Source of the DNA: the human T2T-CHM13v2.0 reference genome, Homo sapiens
Reading direction: 5' to 3' (one strand)
Assembly (NCBI RefSeq): GCF_009914755.1
Contig: NC_060927.1
Length of the DNA: 64,000 nucleotides
Part shown: piece by piece, positions 1 to 11,396 of the stretch
How positions within the stretch are numbered: position 1 is the first letter of the stretch
Layout: each line of letters begins with the position of its first letter
Program-made: the position numbers and the translations under genes
Notes under the pieces: generated by a model
Databases searched by the model: none
Seen by the model: the letters and a program-made list of their open reading frames with translations, nothing else
Told to the model about the DNA's origin: nothing

Positions 1-1782
1 TTTTCCTTTTTTTTTTTGCAGAGCCAGCTGAGGTTTTATTTTGCACCAAAAACAAACAAACAAACAAAAAAACAAAAAAACAAATTGAATTGTTTTGTAG
101 TTGGAGGCATGGGCAAAGGGGTCCCCAGGGAGTAAACTACCCCCGAGGGTGGGCTGAGAGCTAGGGCTGAGCCTTAAGTGGGTCTCCTGTTCCCTGTGCT
201 CCCCTGCACTCTGGGGCAGCTGCAGGAAGGGCAGGCTGGGAGGGACTGCTGCAGCTGTTCACTTGGGCAAAACGTCGGGGGACTCGGACACCAGCTTCCC
301 ATCGCAGGTCTCGACCTTCTTCACAAGCACGGCCCTGGTGGAGCTGGTGCGGCTGAAGGAGCTGGAGCCCGCACCAGAGCCAAAGCTGGAGCCTGGCCCA
401 TAGCCGAGGCTGGGGCTTGTGAAGCCCCCATAGGACGAGCTCAGGCCACCTACATAGCAGCTGGTGGTCTTAGTATGGATACTCATGTTCTGCATCCCAG
501 ACTCCAGCCGGCTCTCCTCACCCTCCAGCAGCTTCTTGCAGGTGGTGATCTTGATGCCCAGGGCCAGCTTGACGTTCATCATCTCCTGGTACTCATGCAG
601 CTGCTGCCCCATGTCCTGCTTGGCCCGCTGCAGGGCGGCTTCCAGCTCGGACAGCTTGGCGTTGGCATACTTAACTGCCAGCTCCCCAGGCTGCTCGGCA
701 TCTGTGATGGAGGCCTCCAGGGAAGCCCTCTGGCCTTTGAGGCCCTCAATCTCAGCCTGGAGCTGGCTGATGTTCTGGTTCATCTTGAAGATCTCAGTCT
801 TTGTATGCTGCAGATCATCCTGGTGCTTCCCAGCCAGCGTCTGCAGCTCCTCATACCTGATCCGGTGCATGCTCTAAGCCTCGGCCCGGATGCGGTTGGC
901 GATCTCCTCCTACTGCGCCTTGATCTCAGCGATGACACTGTCCGTGTCTAGGGAGCGACAATTGTCCATGGACAGCACCACAGACGTGTCCGAGATCTGG
1001 GACTGCAACTGCGAGATCTCCTCTTCACACAGCTGCCTGAGGAAGTTGATCTCCTCAGTCAGCCCTTCCAGGTGAGACTCCAGCTCTACCTTGTTCATGT
1101 AAGTTTCATCCACTTCCTTCTTGTTGAGGAAAAATTCATTCTCCATCCTGTACGCTTATTGATCTCATCCTCATACTTGTTCTTGAAGTCCTCCACCGGC
1201 CCCTGCATGTTGCCAAGCTCCGCCTCCAGCTTCAGCTTCTCCTAGACCAGAGTCTCCAGCTGCCGCCTAAGGTTGTTGATGTAGCTCTCAAACATGTTGT
1301 CCATGTTGCTCCGAGCCGTCTTCAGCTGCCGCAGGAGGCTCCACTTGGTCTCCAGCATCTTGTTCTTCTGCTCCAGGAATCGTACCTTGTCGATGAAGGA
1401 GGCAAACTTGTTGAGGGTCTTGATCTGCTCCTTCTCCTGGGTGTGCACAACATGGATGTTGGGGTCCATCTCCAGGCTAAGGGGGCTTAGCAGGCTCTGG
1501 CTGACCGTGACGGTGGTGATGCCTCCCATGCTGCTGGCCCCAGCATAGCTTCTGCCCAGGCCACCCTGGGAGCTTCTGCTGCCCACTGGGGAGAAGCTCC
1601 AGGAGCTGATGTGGGCACCGGGCCCTCTCGTGTAGGAGTGGCTGCTGAAGGCTCGGGGGCCAGAGGTGGATACCTTGCAGGACTTCTGGGTCACCGCGTT
1701 GGACATGGTGGAGGCAGGAGTGGAGGCAGGCGGGCTGAACCAGGCAGAAACTCCAGAAGGAGCAGAGAACCTGCTTCTTGGT
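1..1782 (-). pseudogene. KRT8P: Processed (intronless) keratin 8 pseudogene, near full-length mRNA copy with 5'UTR, CDS remnant, 3'UTR and poly(A)
   Basis: Minus-strand ORF pieces match type II keratin K8 ([18 protein letters not shown] head, [29 protein letters not shown], tail GKLVSESPDVLPK). ATG at 1706, stop at 259-261, no introns. Disablements: TAG at 1242-1244, 1-bp deletion near 1147-1149, TAG at 910-912, TAG at 874-876. AATAAA at 35-40 (tttatt on +), poly(A) = T-run at 1-17, 5'UTR ending near 1782. Specific KRT8P number not assignable. Confidence 0.97.
48..84. repeat. (AAAC)n/A-rich microsatellite in the pseudogene 3'UTR
   Basis: aaaaacaaacaaacaaacaaaaaaacaaaaaaacaaa just upstream (mRNA sense) of the polyadenylation signal. 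Confidence 0.85.
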
Positions 1783-2774
1783 CTGGGTTTGGTTTTCTAG
1801 TAATTTGTTGCGGACTTTTTTCTCTTTATTTATTAAAATTTTGTTCTCCAGTTTTCTTATAATTTGTCTTGTTTGATATTAAGATAATAATTTTCTCATC
1901 CAACGAGTTGGATGAGAAAATTTTGTTTCTCATCTGAGTGTTTTGTTTTTTGCAAGAATAGGTGAAATATTGTTATTAACTCTTCTTGAAATGTTTGGAA
2001 GAATTCACCAGTAAAACTATCTTGGCTTGGAAACTTTGTGAAAAGTTTTTAAAACTATTATTCATCTCTTTCCTTGTATAGGTCTGTTAATATTTTTATT
2101 ACATCTTGAATCAGTTTTGATCATTAGTATCTTTCTAAAACTTTGTTATTTTTAAGCTGATTTTTCTAACTTTATGGCATATTTTTTTCATGGTATTTTC
2201 TTATAATTATTTTTATTTCTATAAGCTCTGTATTAATGTTCCTTCTTTTTCAGATTTTTGTAATTTGAGTTATTCTTTTTCTTGGACAGTCTAGCTAAAT
2301 AGCTAAAAGTTGGTCCATTTTCATTTCTATTTTCAAAGAATCAACTTTCAATTTTGATGATTTATTTACTCTTTATAAAAGTTAAACAAATAAAAAAACA
2401 AAAAGAATTCTCTATTTCATTAATTTTTACTGAGATCTTTATTATTTGCTTTTTCTGCTTGCTTTAGGTTTGGTTTGCTCTTTTTTCCCCAATAGCTTAT
2501 GGTGGAAAGTTAGATTATTGATTGAAGTTTTGTCTTCTTTTTTAACATAGGCATTTAGAGCTTTTCTTTTCCCTCTAAGCACTGCTTTAGCTGCATCTCC
2601 TTTGTGTATGCATATACATGTGTTTCAATGTAGAATTGAATTACTTTCTAAGATTACTTGATATCATCCAGAAGTACTTCCTTTAACATTTTTTAAAAGA
2701 TGAGTCAGTTAGCAATGAATTCTATCAGTTCTGTTTACCTGGGAATAGCTTCATTTTACCTTTATATTTTTCAA

Positions 2775-3100
2775 CTTTTTAATATCTTATATTAGTATGG
2801 TATGTTTGTCACAATTAAGTAATCAGTAATAATATAGTCTTATTAACTAAAGTCCATAGTTTATTCAGATTTCCTTTGTTTTTACCTAACATTCTTTTTG
2901 TTTCCCAGGGTTCCACCTAAGCTATCATATTACATAATTTTTATGTTTCCTTACGTTTTCCCCTAACAGTGACAGTGTCTTAGAACTTCCTTGTTTTTAA
3001 TGACCTTGACAGTTTTCAGGTATACTGATTAGGTTTGCCACAGCATGCCACTATTGGAGTTTTTCTGATGCTTTACTTATGAGTAGACTGGAATAATGCA
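2775..3100 (-). mobile_element. L1MC (L1MC1/2-like) 3'UTR fragment nested in the older L1M
   Basis: aactaaagtccatagtttattcagatttcc...ttccttgtttttaatgaccttgacagtttt matches the recalled L1MC 3' end. Confidence 0.65.
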
Positions 3101-4919
3101 TGTTTTTCTTCATTTTTGAAAGGTAGTTTTATTGGATATAAGATTTTTGATTGACAGTTGCTTTTCTTTTCTTTTAGTAGTTTGAATATTGTTTCTTATG
3201 AGAAGTCAGCTGTTATTCTCATTGGGATTCCTTTTATGAGTAGTCATTTGCTCTTACTGCTTTCAAGATTTTCTCTTTGTCTGTGTCATTGATGCCATGA
3301 TGGCTCTGATACAGATCACTTTGTTGCTAATCTACCTGGCATTTCTCTCAGTTCTTTTATTGGTTGGTTGTTTTCTTCATCTAGTTTGGGAAGCTCTCAG
3401 CCTTTATTTCTCGAATATTTTTTCTGCTTTTTTGTCTCTCTCCTTTCCTGCTACTCTTATTCTTGGTAAACTACATGGAATCCTGAATTTCTCTGAGCTC
3501 CGTTAATTTATTTTTAGTTTTATTTTAGTTATGTATTTCTAACAGTATAATGCCTAATGATCTCTCTTTAAATCCACTGATTCCTTTTTTGCCATTTCAA
3601 ATCTACTTTAGCTCCTCTAGCAAATTTTTGAATTTTACTTGTATTACTTTTTAACTCTAAACTTTATATATTTTTAAACAATTTCAGTTACTTCACTAAT
3701 GTTTCCTATTCAATGAAACACTGTAATCATGGCTTTTCTTAATTCTTAAACATAGTTTTCTTTAGTTCTTTGAATATATTTATGATAGATAGCTGCTTTG
3801 AAGTTTCTTCTGTTGAATTGCACACCTGGGCCTCTTCACAGTCAGTTTGTGTTTTCTACTTTTTTTTTTTTTTCATGCATGGGTCATATATCCCTGTTTC
3901 TTTGTATGCCTTATTTTGTTGTTGTTAAAAATTGGGGGATTTTAGGTAATATATTATGGCAACTCTAGAGAGCGACCGCACTCCTCTAGAGCTTGATGTT
4001 ATTATTGTTTGCTTGTTTATTTGTTTAGTGACCTGGCTGGACTATTTTAGTGAAGGCTAAATCCCTGCAGTGTGAAGCTTCTAATATCACTCAAGCTTTG
4101 GGCTTGTACAAGGTTACCCTGGGATGACTGTTGTTTTAACAGAACTGTCTTTAGCTATCTCTTTTCTTGATATCTCTATTTAGCTGTCTGCCTCTGTTGG
4201 TATCACACACAGCTGTTAGACTCCAGAAAGAGCCAGTAAATTGCTGTATTTTTTTCAACGATGCTCTGGAACATAAATTGCTCCACGATTATAGCCAATT
4301 AAATTCAGGTCCCCCTGTAGGGGTAGTTTTTGGGGCCAGTCTTTGGTGTTTCTTCTAACACCCAGAGAGCTCATCTAAGCTGCCTTTCCCCCTGATTCTC
4401 TCTGGTAAAATAACTGAGCTATAGTTTAGCTTGGTGCTTTTGTGGAGTTACAAGCCTCCACTTAATTAACACCAAAAATCACTGTTTTCAAGAGTACCCT
4501 TAGTCTTGAATTCTTCCATAGTGTGTTCTAAATAATGTCAGTTAGTTCTTTTAGGGAGAACTTCAGAGATGTCTGTTCTTATGACCTGCCTCGTCCTGAA
4601 GAAAATCTCCATCCCATTACTCCTGACCTGCGAGTATGACTTTACTTAGCTTGTCCCTTTGGGCATGGAATCTCCCCCTCAAGTGGGCTAAGGAGAAGGT
4701 GACTGAGGACTTAATAATCTGGCCTGCCACTTCTGAAATAGAGATGGAACCTTGTAAGCGGGGAGTAAATATAGGAAGAGAGCCCCTACTCTAAACTGCC
4801 TCATCTGAAATTTAATCTCTGCATTACAGAGATAGGTGATTAGAGTGAGAATGATCTTCTTGGCCATGCCCATTTGGAGCAAAGTTTCTGTCACACTGAG
4901 CTAGGGTTGGAGAGAGCAG

Positions 4920-4985
4920 CAGTTTTGCTCTTCTTACTTTTGCTCTTCAAACAGTTTTGCTCTTCAAACTTTTGCTCTTCTTACT
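4920..4985. repeat. Imperfect tandem repeat, four copies of core ttttgctcttc
   Basis: agttttgctcttcttac ttttgctcttcaaac agttttgctcttcaaac ttttgctcttcttac. Confidence 0.9.
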
Positions 4986-5384
4986 AAGATGTACTAGATT
5001 TTCTTGAATAAATATTCTTCACATGCTGTATGCCATTATGACAATTTCTGGGGACTTTAAATAGTTGCTTTAGAAATTATTTTCATCACTTATGATTGTT
5101 TCACTGAGTAATAGGTCTACAGAGCTCTTCACACTGATATGCCATAAGTAGATTCTCTTTTTTCCCTATATGTCTTTCATTTATATAATCCAAGCTTTAA
5201 ATATCCACAATACTCTAAATGTGTAAATATCAATTGCTGTGTGGTTTATTTCTAGAATATCTCTAGCTCATTTTCAGATGTTTAGGTAATTTTTTATAGT
5301 CCCTAATCCCTACACTTATTTTCGAGTTTGCTTCTAGTTTATTTAAACTTGGTCATTATAGACTGTTTTATAATCTCTCTCATA

Positions 5385-5480
5385 TTTTTGTGGTAAAATA
5401 TATATACCATAACATTTACCATTTTAACAATTTTAAGTATACATTCAGTAGTAGTAAACACACGTACTTTGTTGTGCTCT
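5385..5480 (-). mobile_element. L1MB-type 3' terminal fragment
   Basis: gtggtaaaatatatataccataacatttaccattttaacaattttaagtataca is a typical antisense L1MB terminus. Confidence 0.65.
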
Positions 5481-5799
5481 CATAATTTTAGTATATGATT
5501 CTTTCTATGTTATTTCTGGTTTTGTTCATGATACCTACTTTCGTGTGTTTGGTGAGTTTTTAAGGTGAATTCCTGATTTTCCTGCAAACATATTTTTAGG
5601 GAAACCCACATTAGAAATCCTGTAAATGACCTCTGTGTCCCTGCCTTCTACTCCATGAACCTACATCCTTAAGAAGAAAACAAACTTGTGTATGCACTGG
5701 TCAATATAATCCTATCTTCTCTTCCTCCTTTAGGAATTGTGCACAATTTCGGAAGCACAAAGAAGTCTATATTTTGTATTCCAGCAAATAGTAATAAAC

Positions 5800-7620
5800 T
5801 TATTTATTTTAATAGCTTTTGGAAAATAATAGTAAAATTTAACATGTGTTTGGGCAAATAATTTGAAATCAATATATGACGTATTGATAATATATGTATG
5901 ACTTCGAAAATCAGAAAGTTAAGAGTGAATTATTCAATAAATTGTGTTAAGGCAATCATGTAACAGTTTGAACAACTGGGAACAATTTTTAGATCAAGTT
6001 TAAGAGGCAGGCTTCTTTAATCATAAAACAAACAGGAAAAAAATGATATATTTGACAATGTAAAATTGAATATTTCAACATCAAAAATGTCATAAATAAC
6101 TGCAAAACACATAGAATTGGGAAAATAAGTTTAGAATATTTGTTTTCATATTGGAAAATCTTAATAATACAAATGATACAATGCAAGCTGTAAATATCAT
6201 CACATTTGAGAATAATTATTATTTGCAGAAAACATAATTGAATACAATGATACTGTATATAGATATCAACTGAAAAATTACTTGAAATAATAATGCTAAT
6301 GTAGCAAAGTTTAATCATATTAATGTTTAAAACATAAACTTTCCTGTATATGGCTTAGTTTAGACATATGATCAGATAAAGTTCATTTGACCTAATATCG
6401 AAAATATAAATTATCCAGAAAAAAATATTAAAAAGAAATATATAGGACACATACTAAAAGAAGCTTTAATTTACTTCCTAAAAGAGAAAAATGGGTAAGT
6501 TAAAACATAGTTTTGGACAAAAATATTTTAAACATGCCAGTTCTTCCTAAAATAAAATCACTTACAAACACGTATATATAATTAGGACACCCACAGGAGA
6601 AGAAGGAATATTGAGGGAGGAAATTGAAAAATACTACTAAAGATTACCCAAAAGAATATAAAGCCCTATAAAATATGAGTAATGGGAGAAGTCTAGTTTT
6701 AGTAAATATCAAAAAGTTAACAGTATTACACACAACCAAAGTAGATGAATGAACTGGACTAGAGAGTCTAATAATAGATCCTAATCTATGTGGAACATAG
6801 AATATGAGCTTTAAAGCACTGTGGGAAAAAATGTATCAAATTAATAATAAAAGAACAGGGGACTAACTAGCTCTTTGAGGGAAGATTGTACAGCTGGATA
6901 TTTTTACCAAAATCATATGGATGATTCCAATTTTAAAATAAAGAAATGTAGAATAAGCAGAAATTATTGAATAATTAATTAACCTTCAATATCTCACAAT
7001 CCTTATACCTTTGAGCATGTTGTGAAACTAGAACATATTCTAGTTTCTATGTTCTAGAAGAATATATAGATACATTGAATATATAGATACATTGAGAAGA
7101 ATATATAGATACATTGAGATTCACATGATAAAATGATCTTTCTGGCAAAAACAATACCACAAACAAAGTCAGATACAAAAATACAAATTGGAAAAAATGA
7201 AAAACAGATAGTAGACAATGGGTAATATCTTCACATGCAATAATCCTTTTAAATCTTAAATCATAAAATAAACCTGCATTTACCAATATCAAATTGAAGA
7301 AATTTTATGTTAGACATTCCACTGGGCAAATATCAATAGAATTTAAACATGAGAAAAAATAGTCAACTTTATTAGAACTTCAAAAGTGGTCAAAGTAATA
7401 CCAGTTTAAAATATGCCATTTTTCAATGACAAATATTTAAAATTATAATACACAGTAGGGCAAAACTTTGGGGGAAAAAACACATTCATTTATACATGGT
7501 AATACATGACAGGGATGTAAATTGGAACAATCTCTGTAAATGGCAATTTTTCATTGCATATTAACAGAATTAAAAAGTGCACTCAATTTGACCTAACAGT
7601 TTCACTTTAATTCTTGCAAA
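5800..7620 (+). mobile_element. Highly decayed L1ME-like ORF2/3' fragments
   Basis: A-rich sense L1 motifs (attattcaataaattgtg; gatgaatgaactggactagagagtc; gggatgtaaattggaacaatctctg; tttgacctaacagtttcactt). Confidence 0.5.
7061..7116. repeat. Three exact copies of 17-mer aatatatagatacattg
   Basis: Copies at 7061-7077, 7078-7094 and 7100-7116, with agaag spacer. Confidence 0.95.
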
Positions 7621-7644
7621 CGTAATAGGCATCATAGTTCTTCA

Positions 7645-7890
7645 CTGACAAACATTTATTGAGTATGTTCTATATGCTAGTCACAGTGATGAGCATATTA
7701 CAAACATCATCTTATCTAACACCTGAGAAACTACTATGAAATAGGAAACTCATGCTATCTTGAGTTTCACCTGAGAACACTGAGTGAAACAAATATATTT
7801 CTCAAATATAGTAAAGCTACTTAGATCCAGAGCAAGATAAACCCAGAACCTCTTAACTTCAGAATGCATAATTTAAACATTATTCTATAC
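7645..7890 (-). mobile_element. MIR SINE remnant
   Basis: catttattgagtatgttctatatgctagtcacagtg...gagaacactgag core-like sequence. Confidence 0.55.
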
Positions 7891-7964
7891 TACTGGCACA
7901 TAGCATGCACTAGAAAGTAGTAACAGTTATTGTATTGGAAATTCTTGGAACTCTATAGATAATA

Positions 7965-8085
7965 CGTGTGTATGTATATATATATGCATATATATGTTTG
8001 TGTACATATAGCTATATACATATGTGTATATATGTGTAAAGATCTATATGTGTTTATGTATATGTGTTTATCTATCTATCTAATA
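7965..8085. repeat. (TA)/(TG)/(TATC) low-complexity tract
   Basis: Alternating purine-pyrimidine tract seen directly. Confidence 0.8.
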
Positions 8086-8174
8086 TGATATTCTGTAGTC
8101 ATATACATAGTGGAAGCTGGATGATGACTTTAAACAATGGAGATAATTTTTGAGTAGGTAAGTGACAGGGTTAA

Positions 8175-8177
<3 letters not shown>

Positions 8178-8211
<34 letters not shown>

Positions 8212-8231
8212 ATGCATGTGTGCGTGTGTGA
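8178..8231. repeat. (TG)n microsatellite
   Basis: About 16 perfect GT units followed by an interrupted extension. Confidence 0.95.
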
Positions 8232-9239
8232 TGGTTAGTATGGTGAGACTACATAAGAAGGATCTGATATACTAAAAATTGAATGTGAGAAGAAAGACTA
8301 GCAGCTGCACATATAACCTGAAGTACCATAATAAAATTTGGGATAAGGAAGCAAGGCCAACTCTGAGAGGGATTTCACAATATGAGAGCTGATGTGGTAA
8401 TTTATTGACTCTCACATCAGAGGGACAAGAAGAGTGAGAGAGGAATTAACATTGTTTGTACCTGCAGATAAGTTTTCTTAGAAGTTTTTCAGAATACTTC
8501 TGAACAACCTCTTTGATAAATGATGATAAGAGTAAAGCCAGAGTACTGCTTTTTTTCTCAAGACATATATTCTGCCAAGAGTAGGAAACAGGTAGAAACT
8601 ATTTCCATGTTTTATTTTTATTTTTAAAAGGTTCTAGTGTTCCAATGCAAAAATCACAATGATTTGAGCAATGTACAGTGAAAGGAAGGCTTCATTGAAT
8701 TAGCAATTTAAACTTGTGTTATGTTAGCATCCTGTTGAATTATTACTCATCCTTGCTAATATAGCATTTAACAAGGAATTACACTGTCATGCCAGACTAG
8801 TGTAAAAAGAAACTTTAATGGGGCATGATGTGAAAGCTATTATGACAGATACTATTATAAGTATATGCAATCTTTCCAACAATACTATTTTGGATTTTCC
8901 TATAGGTATTGTGATCAAATTGGGGCTGGGGGGCACTGAGACAATTGAGAATGAAGAGAATTTGTGTAGCTGAGTAGCCTGAGTGCCCTTGAATACGATA
9001 TTTTTGAGAGAACTAAATTATTTTTGTCAGCCCTCCTTGGAAAATTTCCAGATGTATTGAAATAATAAAATTTTGGGCTTCTATTAACCTGTTTATTATT
9101 TTATTTTCTTATTTGAAAATCAATGCAATAACTTGTAGTCTAGTGGCAGGATGGCTAATGGATTATTCTTAAACACTTTGGATGACCCGAAATGTGTAGG
9201 ATATTTTTATTCTAAATAAAGAATTTACAGTGGGCCAAG

Positions 9240-9350
9240 TGACTCAATAAGCTAGTGATGTGGAACTTAATTTGGTTAAGTAGCAAACAGCCCTTGTGTT
9301 GTTTTCATATGTGTACAGTGGGGAATAATTAAGGTGACGTCACTGGAAAT
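9240..9350. promoter_or_regulatory. Candidate enhancer motif cluster (AP-1, FOX-like, TAATTA, full CRE)
   Basis: TGACTCA 9240-9246, GCAAACA 9283-9289, TAATTA 9326-9331, GTGACGTCAC 9334-9343 in apparently non-repetitive DNA. Motif evidence only. Confidence 0.35.
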
Positions 9351-10068
9351 CTGCTGACCTTCAGGAAAAATGCTGCAGTTTCTTTCCAAGTGTCTAAAAG
9401 TGAAGATAGGCAATGTTTGGTTTCTCTCATGATCACTCAGTTTTGTGATCTATATGAATGATAAAATTTGAAGAAATATTGGAAAAACATTAAAAATTTC
9501 TTAATGTTTAAGAACTCAACTTTGTCATTCTATCATTAATATTATCTCCTTTCCTCTCCTCCACATAATACCAAAGCATGCAATTCCAACTCGTCTGAAT
9601 TCCTTTCTCATGCTCCTCATCTGAGACTGCATTCTTACAGTATTTACCTTCAGAGGTTGGTACACATGCCATTCACTTTAGGAAACATTATCCACCTCTT
9701 CCTTTCATTTACCTCTTCCAAGGCCTGATTTAAAATCATCCTTCTTCAGAGATATTTTTCCAATATTTGTTTATTTTCTTACTCTGCACCCATGGCCTGC
9801 CTCATCTTTCATTTGATATATGACCTTTCATTTTTTATAGAATTGTGATTGCCCTAAAGCTTAGTCTCCAGATTTGTTCCAATCCATTTGTTCTCATTGT
9901 GACTGATACCAGCCTCTCTCTGAGGTACATTCAGCTTTGATGGTGCTAGTTGGTCCCATTTCAGGGATGCTTCCTTAGAAAATAGAACACAAAATTATGA
10001 ATAAAATATTGGTATAAATTAGCCTTTACTTAGAATGAGAAAAAAAATCATGCCAAATATATGTTTTA

Positions 10069-10372
<304 letters not shown>

Positions 10373-11396
10373 GGTGGAGCCAAGATGGCCGAATCGGAAC
10401 AGCTCCAGTCTACAGCTCCCAGCATGAGCGACGCAGAAGATGGGTGATTTCTGCATTTCCAACTGAGGTACTGGGTGCATCTCACTGGGGAGTGCCGGAC
10501 AGTGGGTGCAGGACAGTGGGTGCAGCGCACCATGCGTGAGTCAAAGCAGGGCAAGGCATTGCCTCACCTGGGAAGTGCAAGGGGTCAGGGAATTCCCTTT
10601 CCTAGACAAAGAAAGGGGTGACAGACGGCACCTGGAAAATCGGGTCACTCCCACCCTAATACTGTGCTTTTCCGATGGGCTTAAAAAACGACACACCAGG
10701 AAATTATATCCCGCACCTGGCTTGGAGGGTCCTACACCCACGGAGCCTCACTTGTTGCTAGCACAGCAGTCTGAGATCAAACTGCAAGGTGGCAGCCAGG
10801 CTGGGGGAGGGGCACCTGCCATTGCCCAGGCTTGATTATGTAAACAAAGCAGCCTGGAAGCTCGAACTGGGTGGAGGCCACCACGGCTCAAGGAGTCCTG
10901 CCTGCCTCTGTAGGCTCCACCTCTGGGGGCAGGGCACAGACAAACAAAAGGCAGCAGTAACCTCTGCAGACTTAAATGTCCCTGTTGGACAGCTTTGAAG
11001 AGAGGAGTGGTTCTCCTAGCACCCAGCTGGATATCTGAGAACAGGCAGACTGCCTCCTCAAGTGGGTCCCTGACCCCCGAGTAGCCTAACTGGGAGGCAC
11101 CCCCCAGTTGGGGCAGACTGACACCTCACACAGCCGGGTACTCCTCTGAGACAAAACTTCCAGAGGAACGATCAGGCGGCAGGATTTGCGGTTCACCAAA
11201 ATCCACTGTTCTGCAGCTACCACTGCTGATACCCAGGCAAACAGCATCTGGAGCAGACCTCCAGCAAACTCAAACAGATCTGCATCTGAGGGTCCTGACT
11301 GTTAGAAGGAAAACTAACAAACAAAAGGACATCCACACCAAAAACCCATCTGTACGTCAGCATCATCAAAGACCAAAAGTAGATAAAACCACAAAG
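10373..11396 (+). promoter_or_regulatory. L1 5'UTR internal sense promoter and antisense promoter region, with YY1 site
   Basis: YY1 motif caagatggcc at 10381-10390. GC-rich with partly retained CpGs. Activity not shown. Confidence 0.7.
10541..10822 (-). pseudogene. L1 ORF0 remnant with premature stop
   Basis: Manual translation from ATG at 10822 gives MAGAPPPAWLPPCSLISDCCASNK*, TGA at 10748-10750. The same frame resumes as VGVGPSKPGAGYN...RVGVTRFSRC (track ORF 10541..10741). Confidence 0.8.

Larger units (their letters stand above)
1783..5160 (-). mobile_element. Ancient L1M (L1MC/L1MD/L1M4-like) fragments: ORF2, ORF1 and 5' regions, antisense
   Basis: T-rich antisense L1 motifs such as aattcaccagtaaaactatc (~2002), gagaagtcagctgttattct (~3200) and cttactgctttcaagattttctctttgtc (~3253). 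Boundaries approximate. Confidence 0.7.

Noticed and set aside
259-870. 203-aa K8 C-terminal ORF as a functional retrogene
   Set aside because: Preceded by three stops and a frameshift, and the conserved helix-termination motif is damaged (ALGIKITTCKKLL versus ALDIEIATYRKLL).
178-951. 257-aa plus-strand ORF (and 464..877, 890..1075, 1294..1548)
   Set aside because: Antisense shadows of the GC-rich keratin coding sequence. The 257-aa ORF has a GTG start, and none has a recognisable product.
7061-7116. CRISPR-like repeat array
   Set aside because: Eukaryotic context, repeats adjacent or separated by 5 bp, no unique spacers, no cas genes.
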